Source: Tubiluchus corallicola (Eukaryota > Animalia > Priapulida). From it: a stretch of DNA of 64,000 bases. The translations under genes and the position numbers were made by a program. Location: the NCBI GenBank assembly GCA_030141605.1, contig JAQGDQ010000028.1, forward strand, positions 248,001-312,000, given 5' to 3'. Each line of letters opens with the position of its first letter. Positions within the stretch are counted from its first letter, which is position 1. Shown here piece by piece: positions 1-11,700 of the stretch. The notes beneath the pieces are model-generated. The model made no database searches and was not told the origin of the DNA. It worked only from the letters and a program-made list of their open reading frames with translations.

Positions 1-178
1 ACACCAAGTGAAACGCCGGTCAGAATCGCCTGCAAACCAAAAACGAAATGGATAGCTAAGATAAATAAAGGTGTTAAACAACTTCAACCAAATTTAACAT
101 TTAGAAGCAGAAGAACTTGCGCTAGTGCAGTTAGGAGTGGGTGGAAAAAATATTGAAGAGTCCCCAAGCACCACAGTC

Positions 179-366
179 ATGTCGACTACAGCTGCGAAAC
201 TTTGTAGCTTCCACTTGCAGTGGGTGAAAATTATCTGCTGTCAGCATGGAATGTCTGTGGGATCAAGATATTTTCATACAGACTTCATAGCCTCTCAAAG
301 AAATGGTCTTCGGTATGGTAAAAGCATTTTGAAAACTGTCGGAACTACAACACAGTCAACATTTAG
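179..366 (+). CDS. TMEM160: TMEM160-like protein, exon 1 (putative mitochondrial presequence)
   Basis: ATG at 179 gives MSTTAAKLCSFHLQW...SRYFHTDF (presequence-like R-x-F-H-T). Phase-2 donor AG|gtcagt after 366, or alternatively CG|gtatgg after 312, matches the phase of exon 2. Confidence 0.6.
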
Positions 367-444
367 GTCAGTACAGTGAATGCACATATAACATATGTGA
401 TACTTCTATTAGAATATGTTACATGTACTGTATATTACATTATA

Positions 445-1076
445 CAGTTGAACCGCGTATACGTATACCGCCCCTCGTTGTAATGCCATAACAACAATAA
501 TTGCCGTCCCGATTTCCATAATATATTAAACATAGGGAATACCGCTATCTGCTGTGCCAAAAAATCTATTTTACATAATAAATTTGTCTCGTTATAATGC
601 CGGGCAAGACAAAGTACAATGAATTGTTACTGAAAAATAGTCATTGTGTTGTAAAAACAATGACCTCTGAACAGAAAAACAATTATGGTGTTTAAATTAA
701 AATTTGGGTCTTGTTACAAGTGACTGTATGAAAGGGAAGGCTGAGGTTTTGAACAAGGAACATGCATTTTAAGAGTGCAAGAGTTGCGTAGCTAAGCTTC
801 AGTACTGAACTGACGTAAATTTAACGGCTGTAAAAGCTGTTTGACTTAAGTCAAGTTATTATGCAGTAGCTATTTATAGTCTTAATTATCTAGTTACATT
901 GGGAGTAATAATAGTAAAAATAGTACACTATATGCTATAAAATGAACTAGGAAACAAAATAGAGGCTATAGACTGGAATGGCTTTGATATTTAATGAACC
1001 TCGCCTTACCGCCAACCCCACTACAGCGCCATATTTAGTGGTGTCCCAGACCTAACGTTATAATGAGGTTTGACTG
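445..1076. mobile_element. Tigger/pogo-like MITE in TMEM160 intron 1
   Basis: Termini CAGTTGAACCGCG... and ...GAGGTTTGACTG form imperfect TIRs, with TA on both flanks and internal CTCGTTRTAATGCC sub-terminal repeats. Confidence 0.7.
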
Positions 1077-1720
1077 TATATATATAATTATTTAGCAAAT
1101 ACAAGCTTGCAATTGTATTTGATGCTGCAAATAATTTCATTATCGTATTCACTTATTAAATAAAACACCTATCACTAACATACATAAGTACTGAAAATAT
1201 ACTGGTACAAATATGTAATGAAAATATACTAACTGGCTACTTAAGTAAAAGTAAGTTAATATTCCTAAATCTAATAATTGAAGTAACACTGTGAAGTGTC
1301 TGATGCCCTTTTGCAAAAAAAAATTGTATCCTAACTAATTACCTAACATGGATTCTACATGGATTTAACATAATACACGGTATTGACAAAACATGTAGAT
1401 TGGTCACATTACAAGATGTTAATCATGTAACAAAAACAACAGACTAGAGGGTATTCTCATAAACTAATCAGAGCCAGAAAATCTTACAAATGTCACTTGG
1501 AGGGAATACCTAGCCAAGAGACAATTCTAGACACAAGCAGCCACAGAGCCCCAACAAAAATTTGAAAAGTTGTACTTCTAAAATGTCATTTTCTCATTTC
1601 CATTGGCAATACAGTTGCTATTTTCAAACAATTAAGTTACTGTTACATATTCACTCATAGTATTAATTAGTAGTCTATATACGCACCAAGCACACATGGA
1701 GTTAAGTGATTTAAAAATGT

Positions 1721-2324
1721 GATGCTTAGCAAGATAATTTTATACTTATATACTTAAGTAACCAGTTAATGCATTTTCATTACGTATTTGTACCAGTGCT
1801 ACTTTTATAGTGAGTGACGAACATTGTATAATTAATCTAGCATCAATAGGCTTGTTAAGTTTTTAACACTATTGCTAAATTTTTGTGTTTGCATGTAGCA
1901 TAATTACTAATTATGTATTAAATTGTTTGGTAAATTTTAGAAAACCTCGTCTTACGGCTCAAAATTTTTTGTCAAAACCAGGACGCCAGTTGCGAGTGAT
2001 TCTCCGCACACCTTTAAACAGAGATGCTTAGCAAGATAATTTTATACTTATCTACTTAAGTAACCAGTTAATGCATTTTCATTACGTATTTGTACCAGTG
2101 CTACTTTTATAGTGAGTGACGAACATTGTATAATTAATCTAGCATCAATAGGCTTGTTAAGTTTTTAACACTATTGCTAAATTTTTGTGTTTGCATGCAG
2201 CATAATTACTAATTATGTATTAAATTGTTTGGTAAATTTTAGAAAACCTCGTCTTACGGCTCAAAAATTTTTGTCAAAACCAGGACGCCAGTTGCGAGTG
2301 ATTCTCCGCACACCTTTAAACAGA
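1721..2324 (+). repeat. 302-bp tandem duplication
   Basis: 1721-2022 is repeated at 2023-2324 with about 3 substitutions, and there is GAT microhomology at the junction. Confidence 0.95.
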
Positions 2325-2370
2325 GATATCATCAAAGAGGGTTGGATAATAAGATTTTTTGCAGAAAATA
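2243..2370 (+). CDS. TMEM160: TMEM160-like protein, exon 2
   Basis: ttttag| acceptor and A|gtacgt donor, phase 2 to 1. Encodes KPRLTAQKF...NRDIIKEGWIIRFFAEN, comparable to TMEM160 DAWLLRKAHET. Confidence 0.75.
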
Positions 2371-2753
2371 GTACGTAATGTTTGATTTTCTACATTTATT
2401 TGCTTGAATCATGGCATCTCATTTTATCTTGCGACCATATTCTTAAGTATAACCAGTTTAAAGTAATTTTCGCTTGTGGATGGCTGCAGAGTCTGAACAT
2501 TGTATAATTGCTATAGGCATAAATTATTTTGTAAACAAATCACTCCCTAAGTAGACTGGTGGCCAATTAATGCAAAATGCTACAGTAAAAACAAAGTAAA
2601 TATATGAATACAGGCGCAAAAGAATAATTCTTATTTAGCTAATTTATTTCTTCTATATCCATCTACATTTGACATAATCATAGATTTAGTAGCATGCCAT
2701 TACACAGATATTTTCAATTTTCATCTATTTATGCAGTTTTTTGTACTTTTTAG

Positions 2754-2852
2754 ATTATTTAGCTTGGCATCGGAACACACTAAATTTAACCCTTGTCTTA
2801 GCATTTGCTTATATGCATCAACATGTTCCTATGTCGGAAGTCACAAAACTTT
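2754..2852 (+). CDS. TMEM160: TMEM160-like protein, exon 3
   Basis: ttttag| acceptor and T|gtaagt donor, phase 1 to 1. NYLAWHRNTLNLTLVLAFAY resembles the TMEM160/DUF202-type AFLSWFRN motif. Confidence 0.85.
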
Positions 2853-3139
2853 GTAAGTACTTTGCTTCATTGTTTATTCATAACGTAGAATTAAAGTTAC
2901 TTCCAAAAGTGATTTCATTTTGATTTTTTTTCATTTTGAGTAGAAGTGGAAAAGTATGTCTATTGTGGATTTCCCATCCATTATTAATCTAAACCGTAGA
3001 TAAATAATTAGGATAGGTGTTGACCAGTTGCCTTGGCTATTGTTGTCTTTTCTTTTGCCATGTAGTAAAATGACTAGTTCTAGAAGATTCAACAATATTT
3101 TACAAAATTGAACATAGACTCTTCACATCTTTTTTGCAG

Positions 3140-3393
3140 CACTATTTCTGATGACCACTGTCAATATTCTCTATGGTTCTGCTGTCTACTTCTACCGTAT
3201 TAGGATGATTCGTAAGCTTATGCATTTTAAGCTCAGCACAGCGTTATCCTACTGGTGTGGCGGGACAGTTGGGCTTCTCCTGTGGGTCTATATGCTTGCT
3301 TTCTTCTTAGAGTATGTTGATAATCCATTTGCACTATTTAAAATTGATTCACTTATGGATGGCTCATCACCTGGAAGAGAGGAGCCAGACTAG
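3140..3393 (+). CDS. TMEM160: TMEM160-like protein, last exon
   Basis: cttttttgcag| acceptor. SLFLMTTVNILYGSAVYFYRIRMIRKLMHF...LLLWVYMLAFFL gives two hydrophobic helices paralleling TMEM160 VVWGSASY...RGPMQL...SLLWACAVGLY, then an acidic tail and TAG. AATAAA at 3552. Confidence 0.85.
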
Positions 3394-3586
3394 AAACGAC
3401 AACATAATGTGTGATTCAACGAATTAATTATGTTTAGAAAAAGCATTTAAATGTATTTTTTGAGTGATATATTAAAAAGGGAAAAGAGCAACTTTTCACA
3501 TGTTGAATTTTTAAATTATTTTTAGGAATTTCTTATTGAGTACCAGTGGTCAATAAATTTTGTCCTTTTTTACATTTCATTGCACG

Positions 3587-3668
3587 TATGTGTGTGCGTG
3601 CGTGCATGTGTGTTATATGTGTGTGTGTCTGTGTGTGTGCGTGTGTATATACATACATATGCATATAT
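3587..3668. repeat. (GT/GC/AT)n compound dinucleotide microsatellite
   Basis: Direct reading. Confidence 0.85.
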
Positions 3669-4892
3669 AAGTTAAGCCCATGCAGTAAATGTTATTAATT
3701 ATGTAGGCCAAATTAATATGTATGTATAGTTGTAGTTTATGGTGCCAAAGTTTATAAAAATACATTTTTTGCATTCTGATAATTGAATCATTAGCTAACA
3801 AAACTAAAAATGTGATGTAAATATTTAAGAAAGACAAATAAAACCCTTTTTTCAACAAATTCGTTAAGTTATCGGTACATAATTATTTTGCACTTGGGTT
3901 TGAATTAGTGACTACATGTACTAGTACATAAATGACTTTGTATATTAATTATATACAAAGTGCAAAAACATTCATATAAATTTTAGTTTCCAAGCAAAAA
4001 CCTAGACTAAAACGTATATTGTATTCTTGCAATCACAACAGTAATTTCCTTCTTTGCAAAGTTGTTAAAATGCATCTAAAAAGGCATTTAGATAAAATTC
4101 TAAATTAGACGAATACGTAGACTTAGGCATTTTCCTTCATTTGTAGAGCATACCGTAAAATTGTTAATGTAAATAGCAAATTATCACCAAGCAGAAATAA
4201 ACATCCATTATCGTTTTGTTGCCAGTAACCAATTTTTCAAGATGAAAGTCTATGAATATTTACAAAGTGACATTGCTGCAACAACAAAGATTGTTCACTA
4301 AATCTCATATCTGTTTCTTAGAAGTCTGAATTAAACAGATCTCACAGTAATACACTGTCTTTGTGCAGAGCAAGTTCTTTCTTTTCAAGCTACATCATCA
4401 CCTAGACACCTACATGCATTAATCAAATGCATTGTAACAGGCAGTCAGGCACAGAAATATAGTACCAGTAATCTAGTAAGGCTATGTGCAAAGGCTTGTA
4501 GTTAAAATATGCATCATTTATTTAAAAATTGCGTAGTCGGTAGTTTGGATATAACAGAAGCTGCAAAACCACAATTTAACAACACTCAGTACTCATGCAA
4601 GGCACATTATTTATTTATTTCTCTTGTGCTGTGTGCAGGGAGTAAGCAACAGTTTGACCTTTAATAATGTACCTGTAATCTGTTTTAATGCTTTAAGTGG
4701 TCCAACTATATAGCTGTTTATAGAGGAAACAACCAGCATTTCATGTGCTCTTCATACTAGGTACAATTAACGAATGCTAATTTGTTTGTATAATTTCTTT
4801 GTGTGAAAACAATAGTCATTTTCAAATGCATTTAGAAAGTATTGATTTACCTTTTTTACTTTGCAACATCAGTGTTAAACTACTGGCATATT

Positions 4893-5030
4893 TTATGTTG
4901 GTAATGAAACAGATGTGAAGTTGAACTCCATTGACGGTAATTTCATAACTGACTGTTCTTTGTCCATAGGCAGTGTAAAATCTTTCGCACACTTTAACCT
5001 CTCTAATTTCTGTAGGGTTTCTGGCAACTC
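4893..5030 (-). CDS. NSL1: NSL1/Mis14-like kinetochore protein, last coding exon
   Basis: Long T tract then aagcag| (NAGNAG), phase 0. ELPETLQKLERLK resembles the C-terminal LP...KLE coiled-coil motif of Nsl1/Mis14. Ends in TAA. Confidence 0.7.
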   Translation of the reverse strand, partial: ELPETLQKLERLKCAKDFTLPMDKEQSVMKLPSMEFNFTSVSLPT

Positions 5031-5305
5031 CTGCTTAAAAAAATAAAAATGAAACAACATTTTAAAGAAGACTCACTTTGATTCTGCCATCCAGTTATTT
5101 GCTAAATTTAATGCATTGATACCAATACAATGTATGAGTAATAGCAATACAGTTTTTCAGAAATGTCTTAGTATGTTTTATCTATGTCTTAGTAAAACAT
5201 AGGTAAAAGAGAAGATTAAATTCCGTTTGTTTAAGGTATATAAAAACAAATTACGTTTTTAATACATAAAATTGACAGATTTACTGTCCCTAGTTTTTTA
5301 CTAAC

Positions 5306-5434
5306 CGTAAGTAATTTCGACAACATCAACATGGATCCGGAAAAACTGTCTGTGGTATCAGGAAGTTGGTCATTTTGGCTTGAAAGTTTGGACAAATTCT
5401 CTGTATTGGATGTAGTCTTGACTTCCACAGCAGC
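5306..5434 (-). CDS. NSL1: NSL1/Mis14-like protein, middle exon
   Basis: tttgttttag| acceptor and ACG|gttagt donor, 129 nt, phase 0-0. Encodes AAVEVKTT...FSGSMLMLSKLLT. Confidence 0.75.
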
Positions 5435-5673
5435 CTAAAACAAAGTGAACAATTAAGCATTTTTTGATTGCTGATAGTCAGATAATTATATATTTGTGAT
5501 ATGTCGTCAATCAGTGACTATCACCACCTATACTGCGCTACAGAAAGTTTGCTGTAAATGCGTTACATTTTTTCCATATAGCAAAGGTCTGGAAAATTCA
5601 TTCAGTGAGGACAGTCAAAAATGAATGTGTTCACGAAAAGTTATGCAAATTTGCTCAAACACCATTGATCACG

Positions 5674-6404
5674 CAGTAAGTCCTTGCTTAACGACGCTAA
5701 TGCATTCCAGCAAAATGCAGCGTTAAGCGAAACGTCTTTAAGTGAAGTCAAGTCTTCCATAGAAAGAAATATAAAAGAATTGAGATATGTTCCAGAGACA
5801 AAAATCAATACTGTTTAAATCATAAAAGTAAAACATTTTATAAATTTTATTCGTATTTCTACAGATCAGTGTCCTTCTGTTTGCCTGAAACTATCTTTAT
5901 ATTTTACTTACTGATACCTAGCAATAGCGGTTTCTCTTTTGTTAACTTTTAAAGCCTAGGCAGCCGTTAAACAATAAACACTGCAGAGTCAAAGCCAAGC
6001 CCTGAGCGACCTTCAGAATTTTATCAGAGCCTATGAATTTATCTGTATACTTAGTCTGGTTGCTATAGCGACACGTTGCAGGCAAAATTCTTTGCATAAA
6101 GTTTGCTCGCTGGTCACTTGATAGTTGATACAAACTACTAGTAGTAGCGTCAGTAGCAGCTGGGAAGCAAAAACATACATAATAATTGCACTATTTACGT
6201 TACTAGTGTGCTTTCAGAACAGAATAATGCAATATGTACTGTTTTAATGCATCAAGCTAAAAAGGTAAAATGTTGTTGATAAAATAAAAATTTACTTTGA
6301 AGAAAGTAAAAAATCATCGTTAAAGTGAAAAAAGGTGTCAAATGAACAGCGTCGTTAAAATGAAACGTTGCTAAATGAGGAGTCATTTAAGCGAGGAGTT
6401 ACTG
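5674..6404. mobile_element. Tigger/pogo-like MITE in NSL1 intron
   Basis: CAGTAAGTCCTTGCTTAA... and ...TTAAGCGAGGAGTTACTG are inverted termini. TA is present on the right flank, the left flank reads CG. Confidence 0.7.
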
Positions 6405-6954
6405 TATCTATAAAATACTATGTGGACATAATGATTAGCTCCAGCCTCTTCTTATGAACACAACATCAAAAAACAAGATCACAATTTGAATAAGTGCAAA
6501 GTGCAAACAATGTGCTTCTGCAGACAAATTAACTTAGGACTACTGACTAGATCATTTGAAGAAAGTATTTTCTGAATACATGTGTATAATACAAAGCAAA
6601 TGTAGTTCAGCAAAGTACGTCAGAAAGAGAGGCAAGAAATGTGCTTGCTACTTTGTGGATGTGTTGTGTCGCATGGTAGTTTTAGAAGCCATATGTGACT
6701 AGATGCCTGGCACATTATTTGTTACTTTATTAATCGGCTGAGTCATAATGGACATAAATTGTATTAAACATCGACTATTTTCTGCAAAAAGCCACTAAAT
6801 TAGTAACAACCTTTATCACTGCATTCACACTGTAATTTTTGCATTTCAAAATACAATAAACTGAAACAAGCCCTGTAATTTATAGGTCTATATCACTAAT
6901 GTGCAAACAATGTCCTTCAGCAGATTTTTCTGCAGTAGCAGCCTTGTTCAGTCA

Positions 6955-7235
6955 ACCGTAACAACTTTCGAACACCGACGAGAAACTGCTGACCTAATAA
7001 ATTGTTATAAAATCATTAATGGCCTAACTGTTCTGCACGAAGATTATTTCTTTTCTAGATCTTTTAGGCCTCTTCATGGACATCATTCAATTTTCTTTAT
7101 TCCCTAACTAATATCCGCTCCCATATTTCACCACCCGTGTTATTAACCCATGGAACAAGCTGACGAACTGCAACCACAGATGTACCATCGATCAATTGCC
7201 TTAAAGGTTCTTTGAGAAAGGACAGCAACCAGATC
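6955..7235 (+). mobile_element. CR1/L2 LINE 3' end remnant
   Basis: EHRRETADLINCYKIINGL...LHGH and RVINPWNKL are CR1 ORF2 C-terminal motifs. Confidence 0.8.
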
Positions 7236-7460
7236 TCTCTACTCTAGATCTCTATAACTTCATACTGCCTTTCCAACAGATAACGTTTGAACAAATATCC
7301 AGATGCTGGATAGATTATTTGTTTTCGTGTTACCTCTTATTGGATAACGTGAACTATTTCGTAAAATGGTATATTTGTGAGTTATTGGAGAAAATAATCT
7401 ATATGAATCATGTCTATGTTTGAAATTGTAGGACAATTAAACCAAAAAAAATTGTTTTAC

Positions 7461-7640
7461 CAAATATTGCCTTTCCAATCGATGACGTTTGGATAAATAC
7501 CCAGTACATGATGCTGGATAGGTTTTCCGTTTTCGTGTTACCTCAAGTACGCAATCTTCCACCTGAGGAAGTATTTCTTTGTTCAGTTTATCATGTAGCT
7601 TTGTATCTAGTGGCTCAAGTATTCTTTCTGTGGCAGTCAT
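7461..7640 (-). CDS. NSL1: NSL1/Mis14-like protein, first coding exon (start could be the in-frame ATG at 7769 or 7805)
   Basis: aaaaATG ACT... encodes ILEPLDTKLHDKLNKEILPQVEDCVLEVTRKRKTYP, matching Nsl1 motifs recalled from yeast (EPFDLDLNEQV...EDETVKVAQLR) and human (IIVDIATKRKQYP). Phase-0 donor TTG|gtaaaa. Confidence 0.75.
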
Positions 7641-8049
7641 TTTTTCATATTGATTGTTGCAGTAAAACAGTTCAACGAGTATTCGGGACGCAAACAGCTC
7701 CAAGAGATAAGAGATTGCAGATGCGAAATGAAAACTTTTTCCCACTTTAAAATTTCCGCTTTTTCGCATAAACAGCCAAGGCAAGCAATAACGGAAATCG
7801 GACATACAGCCGGCCAACGATTCAGTTCAGTTTTTGTATCAAGTTGAGCTATGCCTCTGACACTCAGTTAAGAAAAACCGGTACTGGCTGAAAACGAAAA
7901 AGATGTTAACATACGTAAACATTATGATGCCATTTCATTATACCACTGAGTAATTTTTATCCGTATCAGTCATCCCCGAGACCATTCTTCTTTCATTTTC
8001 GTAGATGTGAGCTAAACTTTCTAAAGTGGAGTGTATGTAACTTGCAGAT

Positions 8050-8775
8050 GCGGATGCGTTTTGTGGGTTGCGGGATGGATAAAATCGGTTTATATTGCTT
8101 TCAAGGCAGCCCTTTATGCAGCCTGCATATACGTTATGCTTTCACCTTCCATAATATGATTCTGTTTAAATATTTCAGACGTGCCTTAGCCTTTCCTTAA
8201 TTCCTGAAAAGTTAAAAAATTTACCTCACCTCATATTGCACTCCAAAAGAACCTCTTGTTTTCCAAATCCACCTTACAACAAATCCGGCAAACTATCTAT
8301 AAGTCTATACCTCTTAACAAAAATCCTTTCAACACAACCAATCATAATCTTATGCACCATCACAGCTTTCTCTAGCTGTTGGCAATGTGTTAATCGCTGT
8401 GTGTTAATAGCCGCAATAAAACTTCTGAAATCTGGAATTGTTTCTTTCCAGATGTTCATGTTCCCATTCTCTTAACAGCATTTTCAGATCTTTTTTATTT
8501 TTGTCTGCTAATAATAGCGAAATGCACTTTCTTGGAATGAAACTCATACTGTGTAGCAACATATCCCCTGCTATCTTTAATAGATTACACATATCTCTTC
8601 CTGTACCAAAGTAACTTTAGCTTTTCAGATTTTAATCTCATCCACATCAATTCAACTTCTGAATCAAAATACCATTTTTTTCAACATGCCATTTTTCTAA
8701 AACTTTTTCATTTCTATTTACACTGTCTACGTACGCTTTTTCTAAGTCCAGGAAGGTAACTCACAATTTTCTGCT
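8050..8775 (-). mobile_element. Degraded, internally deleted RTE-like retrotransposon
   Basis: Minus-strand VTFLDLEKAY (about 8750) is followed by LLLADKNKKDLKMLLREW (post-YADD-like, about 8500), with many stops. Confidence 0.55.
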
Positions 8776-8791
8776 TTGAGCTATATATATA

Positions 8792-11700
8792 TCTGAGTAA
8801 GGTGTTTACAATTTAGAAAGAGTGTAGCAACAAAGTTTCAAAGGACTACAAAATGTACACACAGTGCCTGGTCTCGTCATTATTTTGTGACACCTGTTAC
8901 TAAGTCTAAAAAATTAGCATTTCAATTCAAGAATCGTTTATCTCTTTTGAACTCTGCGATAGCAAATTATAAATAACAGGACCAATAGTAAGTCGTGAAG
9001 AATGACGACGAAGTATATCACTGATGACGACGAATTCAAATTAATCACTAGGTATTCCAATATTGGATCTATAATAGACAATAAATTACTTAATTTAAAT
9101 CTATTTGAAAGTAATGACATATTCGACTCTCTGCCCATTACTGATCTGGATCCAGATCAACATTATTTTAACGGACTAAATAGTATTAAAGCCAGCAAAT
9201 ATTATGATGACCAACAATTCAACTCTCTAATTAACAATTTAAAATTTAAATCTCCTCTGTCCGTTTTACATTTAAATGTGCGTAGTTTACAAAAAACTTA
9301 TGATCACTTATGTGCCTATCTTCAGTTACTCAATATTAAATGTTCAATTATTGCATTAACTGAAACATGGTCAGCTGAGGAACATGGCATATTATGTAAC
9401 TTACCAGGCTACAAATTAGCATACAATAATCGTACACATAAAGCTGGTGGTGGTGTTGCCATATTTATTTCCCAGGAATTAGCTTTCACTGTTTTGAAGC
9501 AGTATAATTTATCTGATAAACATATGGAATCATTATTTATAGAGATTAATTGTGTTCAAACTAAAAATATTATAATAGGCGTTATTTATCGACCACCAGG
9601 TGAAAATCCTGTAACGTTTATTGACAAACTTACAACAATACTCAATTCATTAAATTGCCAATCTAAACACTTAATTCTTACAGGTGATTTCAATATAAAT
9701 TTATTAAATCATGCTACCCACAATGACACAAATTACTTTTTAGACACAATGATTTCAAGTTTTATTTTTCCTGTTATTACTCGACCAACAAGAATAACTA
9801 GTCTCACAGCCACTCTCATAGATAACATATGGATAAATAACTTGGAACATAATCACATAGCTGGTAACTTATTGACTGATATATCGGACCACTTACCAAA
9901 TTTTATGATTGCTGATTTCAATCTAGACTTAACTGATACACAGTTTATCAAAAAAATTTTATATAATGAACACGTCAAAGGAAAAATTATTTCAGATTTA
10001 TCAACCATATGTTGGAACGAAATTCTATTAAATAATAATGATCCGGATTCAGCATATGAAAAATTTCATGAAATGTTAAGCAATATTTACCATACTCATG
10101 TTAAAACTTCAGCTGACCAATTACTACCTAAAATAAAAAAACCTTGGGTAACTAAAGCTATGTTAAAAAGCATTCAACATAAAAACAAACTTTATCGATC
10201 TGTGCTTAAAAACAAAATCAACAAGGAACAATATACACAGTACAGAAATCAACTTACTAATTTGATAAAGATTTCCAAGCAAAACTATTATCAACAGAAA
10301 TTACTAACTTATCAAAATAATATAAAAAAACCTGGAATGTAATGAAGGAATTGATGCATAAATCTCGTGAATCCTTGCCTGCTTCTATAAAAGTAAATGA
10401 CCATTTAACTAATGACAAAAATATAATTGCTAATGCTTTTAATGACTACCTTGTAAACATTGGCCCTTTATTATCAAACAACATTGAACCTACAAATACT
10501 GACGCAAATTCTTATCTTAAAGGAAATTACCCACATTCCTTCTTCTTTCAACCTGTAACTAAAGATGAAATCATTAGAATCTGCAAGTCATTCCACCCAA
10601 ATAAAAGTACCGGTATTGATCAGCTCTCTCCCAGAATAATGCTTGATATTATTGAATATATTGCCATACCTTTAACCCATATTATTAATTTATCACTTAC
10701 CTCTGGAATTGTCCCTAATAAGCTAAAGCAGTCCATAATAGTTCCTATTCATAAAGCTGATGATCCACACTGTATAAATAATTATAGGCCCATTTCATTA
10801 CTGCCATGTTTTTCGAAAATTATTGAGAAATGTGTGTCTTTGCAACTTACAGATTATTTACATAAACAAAGCATATTAAATGACACACAGTATGGATTTC
10901 GTCAAGGCAGTACTACAGAAATGGCTTTAATTGATATGCTGACCAACATAATCAGAGATATTGAAGATAATAAGTTATCTGTGAGTATTTTCTGTGATCT
11001 ATCAAAAGCTTTTGACACTGTTGATCATAAAATTTTAATTAACAAATTATACCACTATGGAATAAGAGGTGTTGCGAATAATTGGTTTGTATGTTACCTA
11101 TCTGGCAGGTTACAAGCAGTAAAGTATAATAACTATATATCTAACTCAAAATTAATATCTTGTGGTGTTCCACAAGGGTCGATACTTGGCCCACTCTTGT
11201 TTCTTGTGTACATTAATGATATAAAACATTGTATTAATAATGGAAAAATCCTGCAGTTTGCTGATGACACCAGTTTAATATTTAAATATTACAATACTGT
11301 TAATGAAGCTGAAATAAACAATGAATTGCAGCAAATATCAAACTGGTTTAGGAGTAACAAATTATCACTAAATGCTTCCAAAACTAGATTTGTAGTTTTT
11401 AGATCAAGAAACAAGAGAATGCCAAATTTGACATTACAAATTGAAAATAGTTATATTCAACAAGTAAAACAGATTAAATTCTTAGGTATTGTCATACATG
11501 AACACTTAGACTGGCAATCACATATCTCTTACATCAGACTTAAATTGCTAAAAATATAGGCATCATTACTCACATTAAACACAGTCTTTCGAAAGAACAC
11601 TTACTAATCTTGTATAATAGTCTGGTTTTACCTTATCTCAATTACTGCAGCATTATTTAGGGCCCCACATATCCATCTAAACTAATATGCTTAAAAACGT

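Noticed and set aside
3270-3390. Minus-strand exon continuing NSL1
   Set aside because: The region is explained by the plus-strand TMEM160-like last exon, and the minus frames stop quickly.
10340-10344. TAATG stop-start overlap between the 446-aa and 405-aa ORFs, suggesting translational coupling
   Set aside because: Adding one A to the run at about 10330 restores the conserved NIKKTW motif and a single ORF2, so this is a frameshift lesion or sequencing error.
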